A stretch of DNA of 64,000 nucleotides from an uncultured Methanoregulaceae archaeon (GCA_963705255.1 OY970061.1:256001-320000); one strand, 5' to 3'; shown: positions 41,381 through 52,234, counted from the stretch's first letter. Notes: a model not told the origin generated them from the letters alone. Numbers and translations: made by a program.

Positions 41381-43003
41381 TCAGGAAAACCCGGGGGTAA
41401 GGTCGTCTGTTATCCGCTTGTTCTTCACGAGGTTGAGCCCGGCGATATAGTCCTCGTAATAGTGGATGCGGGTGCTGACCGGGAACGGGATGCCGATTGT
41501 AGAGATGATGGCCTCACCCCGGTCGAGGGTCTGGATCTCGATCTCCATCTTCGAGAGGTCCTGCTTGGCGCTGCCCATGAGGATCTCCCGGTCGCCCCGG
41601 TCGCCGAGGCCCATCACCACGAAGGTGTTGATCTGGGCGAGCACCTTCGGGTCCACGTTCTTCGGCTGCTGGGTGATGACGCAGAGGCCGACGCCGAACT
41701 TCCGCCCTTCCATCGCGCACTCGCGGAAGATCTGGGTAGAGGAGCCGCCGGCGCTGAGCACCCGTTGCGCCTCCTCGATCGTGATCAGCACCTTCTTCTG
41801 CTCCACCGGTTCGGTCTCCGTCCCGAACTCCTCCGCGGACTTCCGGTGGGCCTGCATGATCCTCCGCGTGATCATCGAGAGGACGAAGAGTTCGCTCCGC
41901 TCGCCCATCCGGGGGATGTCGATCAGGACGACCTTGTTGTCGTGGAGGTGCCGGAGGATCTCCGTTACGGACGAGCCGGACTCGCGGAAGAACTTCCGGT
42001 TGCCGCTCACGATGTTCCGGATCCGGCGCTGGATCACCCCGAGCGTGCCCGGGTGGAATGCTGCCAGCTTCTCCGCAATGGCCGGGAACGGGCCGGCGTA
42101 CGTGCCCGCCTTCACGGCATCCGGGAGCGTGTCGACGTTCGCCTGCAGGAAGAACGGGATGATCTCTTTGCCCTCAAACTCCTCGAGCGACTCGATTGCG
42201 TCCCGCTGGGCCTGCGAGAGGTCGTAGAGGAGGGCAAGGTCGGTCATCCGGAAGTCGTCGTAGTCGAGCCAGAGGCTGGAAAGACCGTACTTCTTCCGGT
42301 CCGCCTCGCTGATGGTGAAGACCGCGAGGCCGTCCCTTCCGGCCGTGTAGTGGACGAGCCCGAGCGTCCGCTCCCCGGTGCTCGACTGCCCTCCCCGGAC
42401 GTACTCGCCGTGCGGGTCGACCATCAGGAGGCCGAACTGCTGCACCTTCATGCAGGAGGCGCAGAAGGTCTTCATGAAGTTGGACTTGCCCATGCCGGTG
42501 GTGGCAAAGACGCCCATGTGCTGGGGCAGGACTTTGCTGTGGATCTTGACCGGGACGTCTTTCAAAACCCCCTGCCCGGTCCGCATCACGCCGACCTCGA
42601 TGTCTCCCATCACTTTCGTCAGGAACGCAAAGTCACCCGCTTCGGGTAGAGTGACCTGCGAGAATTTTGTCGGGACGGTGCGGGGCTTCCGGAATACCCC
42701 GTTCCCGTCCACGAACCCGAGCGGGACCGCCTCGACCCCGATGAAGACGTCCTCGCCCAGCCCGTAGAAGTGCTCGGAGAACGGGCGGGTGTCCCACTTC
42801 TCGTCCGCGAAGTTGGACTCGTGGATAAGGTCGCTGACCTTGGCATAGAAAGAGTAGCCCTTGGCGGTATCGGTGATCTTCAGGATGTCGCCGACAAAAA
42901 GGTTCTCCGCATGCGGGACGATAAACCGGTACGAAAGCACGCTCCGGCCAATGAGCCGGAACTTGGTGGCGTCTGCATTCTCAGTATCGTTCAAATTCAT
43001 CAT
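41381..43003 (-). CDS. herA: HerA DNA translocase/helicase
   Basis: HMGVFATTGMGKS, DPHGEY, IEEAQR, EGRKFGVGL..ITQQP; operon with nurA/rad50/mre11. Confidence 0.93.
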   Translation of the reverse strand: MMNLNDTENADATKFRLIGRSVLSYRFIVPHAENLFVGDILKITDTAKGYSFYAKVSDLIHESNFADEKWDTRPFSEHFYGLGEDVFIGVEAVPLGFVDGNGVFRKPRTVPTKFSQVTLPEAGDFAFLTKVMGDIEVGVMRTGQGVLKDVPVKIHSKVLPQHMGVFATTGMGKSNFMKTFCASCMKVQQFGLLMVDPHGEYVRGGQSSTGERTLGLVHYTAGRDGLAVFTISEADRKKYGLSSLWLDYDDFRMTDLALLYDLSQAQRDAIESLEEFEGKEIIPFFLQANVDTLPDAVKAGTYAGPFPAIAEKLAAFHPGTLGVIQRRIRNIVSGNRKFFRESGSSVTEILRHLHDNKVVLIDIPRMGERSELFVLSMITRRIMQAHRKSAEEFGTETEPVEQKKVLITIEEAQRVLSAGGSSTQIFRECAMEGRKFGVGLCVITQQPKNVDPKVLAQINTFVVMGLGDRGDREILMGSAKQDLSKMEIEIQTLDRGEAIISTIGIPFPVSTRIHYYEDYIAGLNLVKNKRITDDLTPGFS

Positions 43004-44009
43004 GTAAATCTCCAAACAGGTCTTCAAATGTCCGGTGCAGGATCCCCTGCTTCACAAAGCCGGCTCTCAGGTCCTGCTGCATCTGGTCGACAAGCGCATC
43101 GGTGATTTCAACCGTGCGGTGGGCGTCGAGGAGCGGGTAGGGGTATCCCGGTATTCTCCCGTCGCCCGCACATGCGGCAAGGGCCTGCATGGTCGCTGCC
43201 GCGGTCCGGTCGTCTGTCCCCTTCGGGAGCTCCATCTTCAGCGGCCGGCTCACCCCGGGATGGAGAGAGGCGACAAAGATCTCCCCGTGCCGCCCCTGCC
43301 GGTACTCGGTGTGGTCGATCAGGCGGGGGTCGATCCGGGTCCACCACGGGCCGGCAATGCCGTACTCTGCCACAAGCCCGGCAAGCGCGGGAAGGAGCGG
43401 GTGTCCCCCGCCCCACGTCGCCCGGGTCCTTTTCGCCACGGCAGCAAGGAGCACCCCGCGTTCTGCTGCCGTGTTCACAATGCCTGCCAGCACCGGCTCG
43501 TGGTTCTGGCTTGAGACCCGGAGCGCACCGTCGAGGAGCAGGAGCGAGCCTGCCGGCAGGCTGGCGGCGGTCTGCTGCGCCACCCAGTACTCCAGCGTAT
43601 CGCGGAGGACTGCCGAGGCCCGCTCGGGGTCGGCATTGTCAAGGCCTTTGTGCGGCAGGTCGCCGAAACACTCCCGGAAGAGCTCGTCGAAGTCCGCATT
43701 CCGGTGCCCGGGACCGATCGTGACGAGCGTAAGGGGGGTTGCTGCCCGGCCGGCCCGCTCGTTGCCGGTGAAGGTGGTCCGGGCTGCCCGGATCGCGGCA
43801 AGGGTGACGCTCCCGCCGTCCAGCACCGTTGCGTTCGATCCGTCCACGGCGCTCACGGTGCCGGACGGGCCGGGTTCGATGGAGTGGATGCCGTCCCGCC
43901 GGATCCCGCTCTTTTCAGCGAACTGCCGCACGATATCGTCCGGCACGTGGGCGGCGATCCTCCGGAGCGCCTTTACCACCGACTCCTTGTACGAGGAACG
44001 GTTGTCCAT
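42981..44009 (-). CDS. nurA: NurA 5'-3' nuclease
   Basis: AVDGS, LLDGAL, VAKRT, GYPYPLLDAH. Confidence 0.92.
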   Translation of the reverse strand: MDNRSSYKESVVKALRRIAAHVPDDIVRQFAEKSGIRRDGIHSIEPGPSGTVSAVDGSNATVLDGGSVTLAAIRAARTTFTGNERAGRAATPLTLVTIGPGHRNADFDELFRECFGDLPHKGLDNADPERASAVLRDTLEYWVAQQTAASLPAGSLLLLDGALRVSSQNHEPVLAGIVNTAAERGVLLAAVAKRTRATWGGGHPLLPALAGLVAEYGIAGPWWTRIDPRLIDHTEYRQGRHGEIFVASLHPGVSRPLKMELPKGTDDRTAAATMQALAACAGDGRIPGYPYPLLDAHRTVEITDALVDQMQQDLRAGFVKQGILHRTFEDLFGDLHDEFERY

Positions 44010-46450
44010 CACGCCACCTCCCTGACCCTGCTCGCGTTGTCCGTGCCCATCTCGACCATCAGCGTGTTCGCGAACTCGCCCTGGATCTCCGCGATGTGGG
44101 AGATGAGGAGGATCTGGGGGAAGCGGGACTCCTGCGTCCGGAGGGCGACGAGGAGGTTGTTCCTCCGCTCCTCGTCCTGGCTCCCGAAGATCTCGTCGAA
44201 GATCAGGAACGTGCTCTCGTGCACCTGGTGGAGCTCGGCGAGGTAGCGCGAGAGGGCTATTCTTAATGCGACCGCGATGTCGTCCTGCTCGCCCCCGCTG
44301 AAGCGGTCGATGGCGTAATCGTTGTCCACGTCCCGGACGAGGAGGTTGAAGTCCTCGTCGAGGAGGACCTGCTCGTACCTCCCGCCGGTGATCTCGCCGA
44401 TGATCCGGCTCACCTCGCCCTCGAGCCGACTCCGCACGACCTGCATGAGGTAGACCACGTACTCTGCGATGAGCGTCCGGGTCAGTTTCAGGAGCTCGAT
44501 CTCGTCCCTGAGTTCTGCGGCCTGCTTCTGCAGGGCTTTGATCTCTGCTTCTGTTTTTTTGTATTCCACAATTCCCTTCTCTGCGAAGTGGAGATCCTTG
44601 GTTGCTCCTTCGATGGCGACCTCCACGTCGCGGAGTGCCCGGTCGATTTCCTGAACGGCTGCCTCGCATTTCGCAATCTCGTCCGGATTGAATGCCGCTG
44701 CCACGATCTCCTCCGCGAGGCGTGCGAGCCCGGTGTCCCGCTCTGCGATCTTTGTCGTGAGATCGGCAAGCTGCTGGCGCATGGTGCCGGCCTCCCCAAT
44801 CTTCTTCCCGAGCCTCGCTATACCGGAGCTGTACGTTCTGGACTTCCGCGGCCTCCTTCTCGCGGGCAAGGAACTCTGCATCGTTGTAGCCGAGTCTCGC
44901 GAGGGAGTCGCAGGTGAGCTGCTGCTGCTCTTTCCGGCTCGCGAGTTTTGACTCAAGGCTGGCAGTTTCCTCCAGGATCACGGGACGCTGCCGGAGTTTT
45001 GCGTCAATGGCACGGAGGGAATCAAGCAATGGTCTGAGCGCATCGATCGAGTTCTTCTCTCTGCCGAGTTTCTCCTGCCGTCCGAGATCGGCAGCGGCCT
45101 TGTCTGCAAGATCCTGCAGTCTTGCGTTGAACTCCGCGTCGATGTCCCCAAAATGGGCGCCAAGCTTCTGCCGGCAGAGCGGGCAGATCCCATCAGCCCC
45201 GGCGCCCGGATCGTCTTCTGGTCGGCTGCGATCTTCTCCCGCTCCTCTTCGTAGCGTGCAAGCCTGGTAGCGAGCGTGCCGCTCTGCCTGTTGATATCTG
45301 CAAGCCGGAAACTGACGGCCTGTTCAAGCTGGTCTGGCGCAATCTCTCCTGAACCGAGCCCTGCCCGGACTTTTGTAACGAGTCCGTCCTTCTTCTGCTC
45401 GTCTGCATCGAGCGCTTTGATCTGCTCCCGCTGCCGTTCGATTCTCGCGCCCAGGTCCGAGATCTCCCGCTTCGCAAATCCGAGTTCCCCGGTGAGCCTT
45501 GCATGCTCGGCCTTCTTTTTCTGGAGCGCGTCAAGGTTTGCCCTGACCGCCGCATAGGACCCTGCCATCTTTTCGATGCGGTGGTATTCTGTCTCCTCTT
45601 CCGCGATGAGGTTCAGCAGACCTTCGAGTTTCCTGATGTGGGCTGCCTCCTTCTCCCGCTCGGTGCGGAGCGACTGCTGTTCGCCGGTGAGACGGTTGTA
45701 GGTGAGCTTCTTCTCGGTGAGGCGCTTTACGTCCGTGTCGAGCCTTTTCTTCTTTGCCACAAGGAGGTCGCGTTTCTTCGTGTGCTCGTCGAGCGCTGCA
45801 CGCGATGACAGGATCGCAGTCTCCAGCCGGGCACGTTCTTCTTCGCTCTGCCGGCCGGCCATGACCGAAAGCTCGCCCTCCTTCCTCAGGAGTCCGGCAT
45901 TTTTTTCCTCGATCTGTTCTTTCAGGATCTCATCACTTTCAGATTTCAGAAAATCAATCCCGAGCGCTTTCTGGAACCACTCCTTCCGCTTCCCCGGCGT
46001 GTTCTCGAGAAGGGTGAGGAGGTCCTTCTGGGCGGCATAGATGGTGTTTTTGAAGTCCACCGGCCCCATCCCGATCGTCCGCTTCACCTCCTCTTCCACC
46101 TGGCTCACATCATGTGCACGTTCTCTGCCATTATGATAGAATGAAACGGTGTGATCAGCTGGTTTCCCGGGTTTTTTCCTGAACGTACGATGGATTGCGT
46201 ACCGGTCGCCGCCAATCCGGAAGTCGAGCCGGACATCGCACTTCTCCTTCGGACCGGCAAACGATGACAGGATATAATCACCGGATATGCCCGTTGCCCT
46301 GACACCGTACAATGCAAAGAAGATTGCTTCGACCAGGCTTGACTTGCCGGTGCCGTTGTTCCCGAGTATGCCCGTAATCCCGTCCCTGAAATGGATCTCT
46401 ACATCACGGAACCGCTTGAAATTCCTGAGTTCGAGCCGGTCGAGGATCAT
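44009..46450 (-). CDS. rad50: Rad50 SMC-like ATPase; apparent frameshifts at ~45205 and ~44815
   Basis: GNNGTGKSS Walker A, Zn-hook CPLC in the shifted frame, FSGGE, IFDE, ISH. Confidence 0.93.
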
Positions 46451-46730
46451 GACGGTGCTCCGGGAGGTTGCACTTGGATAATTTGTGTGAATCCGGATGG
46501 CTCAGGCGGGATCCATGAACAAAACCTTGTCTGGATATCAATGGGAGGGCTCCCCGCCTCAGGGCCCCTCACGGGGCACGGCGGGGCAAGTACGGAAACA
46601 GAGAACCTGATAATTGCCCAGCCGCGACCCGACGAGGCGTCGCGGCGACCCCCGAAGGGGGTGGGGATGCTCACAAATGCCGCAGATGAATCCGGGAACC
46701 TCTCTGTTTGGAGCGACCAACCAACCGGGT
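46451..46730. mobile_element. 280-bp non-coding insertion flanked by a 7-bp direct repeat GGATCAT
   Basis: GGATCAT at 46444-46450 and 46731-46737; removing it restores an ATGA mre11/rad50 overlap; internal GC hairpins such as CCCCGAAGGGG. Confidence 0.6.
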
Positions 46731-46733
46731 GGA

Positions 46734-47879
46734 TCATTCAGCGTCCTCCTGGTGTTTTTCCATGGCGGCCTGGATGATTGTACGGCCGTGCGAACTGACA
46801 AACTCTTTCTGTTTTACCGAATACTTCTGCTGTTTTTCGACGAACGCAGAAAATTCCTGCAGGTAGTCGATCATCCGGATGTCCTGCTGGAGCGGGACCG
46901 GCCGGTCCTCCTCCTCCGACTTCACCCGGATCTTCAGGTCGAGGAGGCGCTCGCGGACACCGACAAGGTCTTTCGTGTCGATCCCCTTCCCGTGCTCCCG
47001 CGAGAGCCCGTCGAGCGTCACCTGCGCCATCGCGTACTCCGGCAGGTTTTTGTTTTTTACCCGGGCGATGATCTCCCCCGTGATATCCCCGGGGTGGACG
47101 CCTGAACACCTGACTGTCCCGAGGTCCGCCATCGGCGTCTTCGGGAGTTCGAGGTGCCGCACCTCATGCCTGCCCGGGTCCACGAGAAGCCCGCCCTTCT
47201 CGTCCGCGATTTCGCCGTAGGTGAGGTACTCCGTGGAGCCCGAGTACCAGCTGTTGTCCGTGATCCGGCACTGGCGGTGGTAGTGGCCGAGCGCGATGTA
47301 ATCGAAACGGTCGGAGAGGATCGTATTGTCCAGCTCGTGCTCCGCGACTGTGGCTAATCGTTTGTCTTTTATCTGCGTGGCGAGGCCGTGGGTCACAAGG
47401 ACGTTGTGGTGTTTGCCGGAGAGCTCGATCTCATCGTAGGCTATGCGGTAGTCTTCCGGTCTCAGCATATTGGGGATCAGGTGGAAGAGCGTGTCGCCGA
47501 GTTCTGTTTTTTCGTACCGGAATTTGTATGCGGCCGTGATCTGTGATTTGTGGTACGTCAGGACTTCGAACGGCGAGGTCGTGTACCGGGTCTTGACCAT
47601 GCTGTGGTTGCCGGCGATTATCACCAATGGTATGCCGGCTGCGTGGAGGCGTTCGAGTGCTTCTAAAACTGTTGTATAAGCTTTGGTCTTCGGTTTGACG
47701 GTGTCGAAGAGGTCGCCGGCGTGGACGAGGACGTCGGGTTTCTGGGGGATGATGACATCTATCGCTGACAGGAAGTTGTCGTAAATTTGCTTCTCGCGGA
47801 GGTTCATGCCGGACTCGGGATCAAGTCTATTGAAGGCAGCGAGGCCGAGGTGGGTGTCGGCGATATGGATGAGTTTCAT
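46734..47879 (-). CDS. mre11: Mre11 nuclease
   Basis: IADTHLG, AGDLFD, AGNH, THG, ALGHYH, YSGS. Confidence 0.93.
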   Translation of the reverse strand: MKLIHIADTHLGLAAFNRLDPESGMNLREKQIYDNFLSAIDVIIPQKPDVLVHAGDLFDTVKPKTKAYTTVLEALERLHAAGIPLVIIAGNHSMVKTRYTTSPFEVLTYHKSQITAAYKFRYEKTELGDTLFHLIPNMLRPEDYRIAYDEIELSGKHHNVLVTHGLATQIKDKRLATVAEHELDNTILSDRFDYIALGHYHRQCRITDNSWYSGSTEYLTYGEIADEKGGLLVDPGRHEVRHLELPKTPMADLGTVRCSGVHPGDITGEIIARVKNKNLPEYAMAQVTLDGLSREHGKGIDTKDLVGVRERLLDLKIRVKSEEEDRPVPLQQDIRMIDYLQEFSAFVEKQQKYSVKQKEFVSSHGRTIIQAAMEKHQEDAE

Positions 47880-48249
47880 TTTGGTTATGGAGTATGTGGA
47901 TTTTTCTTGAATATAAGGGGGAGGGGGAGAGAGTGAAACTAAAATCCCGGGCTTGGATTTTATGGAACCCAGGTCTTTCCGCCTATAGCGGGATTAATAT
48001 TTTCCGGGTGCTTATATCTCCTTACTATCATGAGCACGAAAGCGAGAATTACGGGAGTTCCCAGGACTCCTGTCGTGGCACCACGCACGAAGACCCGGTC
48101 AGTGCCGGACCGTGATGAAGAGGTGCACCTCTCCCCGGTCCAGCGGATGCGGGGAAAGATCTCTCTTTCGGATCCGGAAATGGTCCGCCGTATTATTTTT
48201 GATCCGTCCCTGGAGTCGTGACCGATGGTTGCGGGGTCCGGGAGTGACG

Positions 48250-48547
48250 CGACCATTTTCATTGATGCAAATATTTGCGACCAGGACAATCCGCTACACA
48301 CGGTGTAGCCAATTTCCTCCGGAGGGATCTCTTCCTTGCAGCAGCCACGGGGGAAGACAAGGAAAAACTGACGGAAGTTCCTGAGGTTCGTGACAGAAAA
48401 ACCGCACCGGAATTCACGTCTTAATTGTGCACTCAGTGCGTGCACAATCTGTTCGCCGTACCCTGCACGGTTCTCTCCAAGAATTTCACGGCGGATCCGA
48501 ACACCGATCCGCTCCATCAAGTCCTTACAATCCCCGCTTCCGGACAA
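48250..48547 (-). pseudogene. DUF1016/YhcG N-terminal remnant
   Basis: RAGYGEQIVHALSAQL...GFSVTNLRNFRQFF...LSWS, then similarity is lost. Confidence 0.7.
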
Positions 48548-48654
48548 ACACTCCTAAATCCCAGCCAAAACACACCCGGTCTCCGTGGGCTCTGGTGACG
48601 GAAAATGTATGAGAAAAAATGCATGCGGGGATACATGGTCTTTAAAAGAGAACA

Positions 48655-49188
48655 TCACGATCCCGGTGAAATCCGCTGGAGAGCATTCTTGAGATCGAGA
48701 TAGAGCGGGACGGTTTCACCCGGAGTCCGGATTGCCTGTTTGAATGAGAATTTTTTATAGAACTCAACGGCACTGTGCTTTGAATCCACCGTAATGATAC
48801 GGCAACCGACATATCGGGAGAGTGTGATGGAGATGGTGAAGATCTTCCTCAGCATACTCCGCCCGACCCCGAACCGCTCATACTCACTGTGCGTTGCCAG
48901 CCGTGCAATCTTCAGGGCCGGATACTTCCGGAAATGATAACTCTCTTCGCGGTCACATTCTTCGACAGCCCTTACTTCGATGCTGTCGTTGATGAGGGTG
49001 AAGTACCCGACAAGGTTCCCCTTCCAGAAAACCAGCCGCGTCACAGAAATCAGGTTGTTCTGGTTAACGAGTGCGTCATCCTTTAAAAATTCATCAAGTT
49101 CCGGTTCAGATGAATGAAACCCGGACAAATCATGATCTGCGTCCAGAAGGATAAATTCAAGTTCTTCAAAAGGGATGGGGGAGAGCAT
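48655..49188 (-). CDS. GNAT acetyltransferase, toxin-type
   Basis: F.S...LDEFLK.DA, VGYFTL, PALKIARLA, ITVDSK..AVEFYKKFSF. Confidence 0.85.
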   Translation of the reverse strand: MLSPIPFEELEFILLDADHDLSGFHSSEPELDEFLKDDALVNQNNLISVTRLVFWKGNLVGYFTLINDSIEVRAVEECDREESYHFRKYPALKIARLATHSEYERFGVGRSMLRKIFTISITLSRYVGCRIITVDSKHSAVEFYKKFSFKQAIRTPGETVPLYLDLKNALQRISPGS

Positions 49189-49202
49189 TCTAAAAGCACG
49201 CG

Positions 49203-49353
49203 TCAGTCAAGCCCGGCATGCTCTGCGTCGCGCTTCGCTTCACGCATAAGGTTCAGGCCTTCACGGGTAAATGTCGGATGCTCTGAGTACCTTCTGAAAC
49301 GCTATTGCATCATCGCCTTCGAGCACAAGCCCGATCTCAATTGGTTTTGCCAT
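49203..49353 (-). CDS. small putative antitoxin upstream of the GNAT gene (apparent frameshift ~49290)
   Basis: Manual translation MAKPIEIGLVLEGDDAIAFQK|YSEHPTFTREGLNLMREAKRDAEHAGLD*; ends 14 nt before the GNAT ATG. Confidence 0.5.
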
Positions 49354-49462
49354 AAGCATCTTCTCCTGAATTTTTCGTTGTTTTATTATATGCTCAGGGA
49401 ATTATATCAAAGCTCTTGTGGAGGAGGTTGTCCGTCAGTACGATTTTGGATGCCTTGATTTC

Positions 49463-49786
49463 TCAGATCCCCATCTTCCCGGGCAGGTCCCGGGCCCAAG
49501 CCGCGATCGCTGCCGGGTCCTTCATAACTTTTGCAAGGCCGACGACGAACCCGGCGACCGGCACCTTCGCGAGGTCATTGCGGTGCTGTTTCACGAACTT
49601 CCCCACGTCGCCGACCATCCTCCCCATGTACATCGGCCCCCCGATGACGACCGCGTTGTATCCCGCGAGCGATGCGACCGTCCCCACCTCCGCGACGTCA
49701 GCGGTGTGGCCGGCGGCCTGCAGTTCCTTCCCGATCGCCTGCGCAATCTCTGCGGTCGATCCCGGTGCACCCGAAACCACCGACAC
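49463..49786 (-). pseudogene. flavodoxin (HemG-like) copy 1, 5'-truncated and internally deleted
   Basis: GSTAEIAQAIG...GGPMYMG...KDPA joined directly to AIAAWARDLPGKMGI. Confidence 0.8.
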
Positions 49787-49818
49787 ATTAATAATCCTAA
49801 TCGTGATTAGTCCTAATC

Positions 49819-51177
49819 ATGATTAGAGAGTTCATCGACCGGGAGGAGGAGCGCCTGCTGCTTGAGCATGAGTGGCAGAGTGCCGGCGGGAGGCTCATCA
49901 TCCTCTACGGCCGGAGGCGGATCGGAAAGACCCGGCTTATCGATGAATTTATCCGGGACAAGCCTGGCATACTCTATATCGCAGAGGACGCATCCCCGCA
50001 TATCCAGATAGCCCAGCTCAAGGCCCGGTGTGCGGAGTATTTTGGCGATCCTCTCCTCGCCGGGCTGGATATCAGGACGTGGGAGCAGCTCTTTACCTAT
50101 CTCGCACAAAAACCGCTCACCAGGAGGACGTACCTTGTGATCGATGAGTTTACGTACCTGATCCGGAACGACCCCTCCATTCTTTCTGCGCTCCAGAAAG
50201 CCTGGGACCGGAGTATCACCGGCTCCGACTGGTGCCTTCTCCTCTCCGGGTCGATACTCTCGCTCATGAGTGATCTTGCCCTCTCGTCCACATCCCCGCT
50301 CTATGGCCGGAGGACGCGTGACCTGCTGCTCGGGCCGCTCCGGTTCTCCGATGCGAGAAAGTTTTTCCATTTCCCGTTCTCTGACACCCTGAAAGTGTAC
50401 CTGTCGATCGGAGGTGTGCCGGAGTATCTTCTCAAGGCTGGCGCGTATGAGGATTGCAACTCATTTTACAAAACCGAGTTTTTCAACCGGTACGGGTACT
50501 TTTACCACGAACCGTACTTTATCCTCTCGCAGGAGTTCCGGGAGCTCGAGGTGTACCAGTCCGTCCTCCACGCGGTTGCGCTTGGCAACACCGCCCCGAC
50601 AGCGATCGCCCAGTTCTGCGGTCTCGACACCCGCCATGTGTACCCGTACCTCGAATCCATGATCCGGCTGGGGCTCGTGGAAAAAGAGGTGCCGCTTCTG
50701 GGTAATCCACGGCAGGGGATATACCGCATCCGGGACCGGGTCTTTGATTTCTGGTACTGCTATGTGTTCCCTCGCAGGCAGGAGATCGAGACGGGGCATC
50801 CCGGTTCCGTACTCCCGGACATCAACCCGTTCTTCGGCAGGCAGTTCGAGGCGTTCGTGCGGGACGAGTACGCCGGGGTCGTTCTGGCGGGATACCGTAC
50901 CGGCCACTGGTGGTATAAGGAGGACGAGATCGATCTCGTGGCGGTCGACGATAATTCATCTACCGTTATCTTCGGTGAATGCAAATGGGGGGATGTCAGT
51001 CTTCAGCAGGCTAAAAAACTCCTCGCCCTCTTAAAAACAAAGTCAAAGCTCGTGCGTGCCGACAATTACCGCCACCGGAAGTACGCGCTGTTCTCTGCCG
51101 GGACAATTGAAGGGAAGGCCCGGTTGCGGGACGATGGCTATCTGGTTTTTGACAGCACTGACTTAGAAGGATTCTGA
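49819..51177 (+). CDS. archaeal ATPase with DUF234-like/PD-(D/E)XK C-terminus
   Basis: FIDREEE, GRRRIGKT, IDEF, SPLYGRRT, GGVPEY, EIDLVA...GECKW. Confidence 0.9.
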   Translation: MIREFIDREEERLLLEHEWQSAGGRLIILYGRRRIGKTRLIDEFIRDKPGILYIAEDASPHIQIAQLKARCAEYFGDPLLAGLDIRTWEQLFTYLAQKPLTRRTYLVIDEFTYLIRNDPSILSALQKAWDRSITGSDWCLLLSGSILSLMSDLALSSTSPLYGRRTRDLLLGPLRFSDARKFFHFPFSDTLKVYLSIGGVPEYLLKAGAYEDCNSFYKTEFFNRYGYFYHEPYFILSQEFRELEVYQSVLHAVALGNTAPTAIAQFCGLDTRHVYPYLESMIRLGLVEKEVPLLGNPRQGIYRIRDRVFDFWYCYVFPRRQEIETGHPGSVLPDINPFFGRQFEAFVRDEYAGVVLAGYRTGHWWYKEDEIDLVAVDDNSSTVIFGECKWGDVSLQQAKKLLALLKTKSKLVRADNYRHRKYALFSAGTIEGKARLRDDGYLVFDSTDLEGF

Positions 51178-51421
51178 TGAATCCTTCACGTCCTCGATAT
51201 TCTGATGAACATCTCTGACTTCGAAGAGTCCTGACGGACTCTTCCTGTCCTCGATATTCTGATGAACATCTCTGACTTCGAAGGATTCTGATGAATCCTT
51301 CACGTCCTCAAATCCTGCTGCACTCGATTTTTCTGAACTCGAAGGATTCTGATAAATCCTTCACGTCCTCGAATTTCGCTGCGCTCGATTCTTCGGATAT
51401 AGAAGGATTCTGATGAATCCT
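51166..51421. repeat. tandem array of five hairpin units (57-61 bp period)
   Basis: GAAGGATTC-TGAT-GAATCCTTC units at 51166, 51223 (variant), 51280, 51341 (one stem mismatch), 51402 (truncated). Confidence 0.9.
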
Positions 51422-51455
51422 GAGAATGGTGCGGTCCCGCAGCCGCTCCCCCGTT

Positions 51456-51713
51456 TCAGATCCCCATCTTCCCGGGCAGGTCCCGGGCCCAGGCCGCGAT
51501 CGCCGCCCAGTCGCGGAAGTCCCCGACCGGGGATTTTACTTTCTTGGTGATCCAGTTCTGGAACCACGAGAGTTTTTCAGGGTCCAGCCTGCCGGCGAAC
51601 ACGGTCCGGGCAACCGGCTGCAGCGGGGCGAGGGCGTCACGGAGTGCCTTCTCCGAGGCCGCGATCCCTGTCGGGTCCTCTGCACTATTGCGGCCGGTGA
51701 ATTCCCTCAGCAT
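51456..51713 (-). pseudogene. flavodoxin copy 2, 3' half only
   Basis: FAGRLDPEKLSWFQ...GDFRDWAAIAAWARDLPGKMGI; 3' end near-identical to copy 1. Confidence 0.8.
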
Positions 51714-51775
51714 CCGCGATTTTTATCCGGGTTGTCGTTTGCGTAGAAAAAAAGAGTGAGGTTTACGATTGGACT

Positions 51776-52234
51776 CTAGAGAAGATCTTCGATCTTCCGG
51801 ATCAGGACCTCCGCATGGCGGATCGCGGATTCCGCCTCCGTTTCCGAAATGGAACCGGCCGTATCATAGACCGAGCTGTGGCGCTTGCGTCGCATCCGGT
51901 CGAAGATGACTGCATCTTGGTTATCCAGAAAGAGCTCAGCGAATTTTACAACGGAGATGTGCTGGTTCGCACCGTCCGGGCGGTACCCTTTGGAAAACAT
52001 CAGTGCCCGGCCGGCCTGAAGAACTGCGTTATACGCGATGGTGTATGCCCAGTCATGATCCGTAGTGAGGATTGTGCGTGCTGTGCTGAGATCACGGTGG
52101 GCCAGTGCAATCGCATCCTTCACTTTTTTTCTTTCGGGACCGAGCCTTTTGATCAGGCCCTCCCGTTCAAGGAGTCGAAGACCTTCGTCTTCTCCTCTCT
52201 CATCCCTTCGGGATTCGGGATCTTCAATCATCAC
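51776..52234 (-). CDS. HEPN domain protein (toxin of an MNT-HEPN pair)
   Basis: AYNAVLQAGRAL, RRKRHSSVY; overlaps the upstream MNT gene. Confidence 0.85.
   Translation of the reverse strand: MMIEDPESRRDERGEDEGLRLLEREGLIKRLGPERKKVKDAIALAHRDLSTARTILTTDHDWAYTIAYNAVLQAGRALMFSKGYRPDGANQHISVVKFAELFLDNQDAVIFDRMRRKRHSSVYDTAGSISETEAESAIRHAEVLIRKIEDLL

Noticed and set aside
42981-45029. Rad50-NurA fusion (682-aa ORF)
   Set aside because: Artefact: a frameshifted Rad50 segment is in frame with nurA, which has its own ATG at 44009.
51166-51421. CRISPR array
   Set aside because: The intervening segments are identical or related to each other and recur with the hairpin at 62.9 kb; repeats vary by compensatory change; no cas1/cas2 or effector genes in the window.
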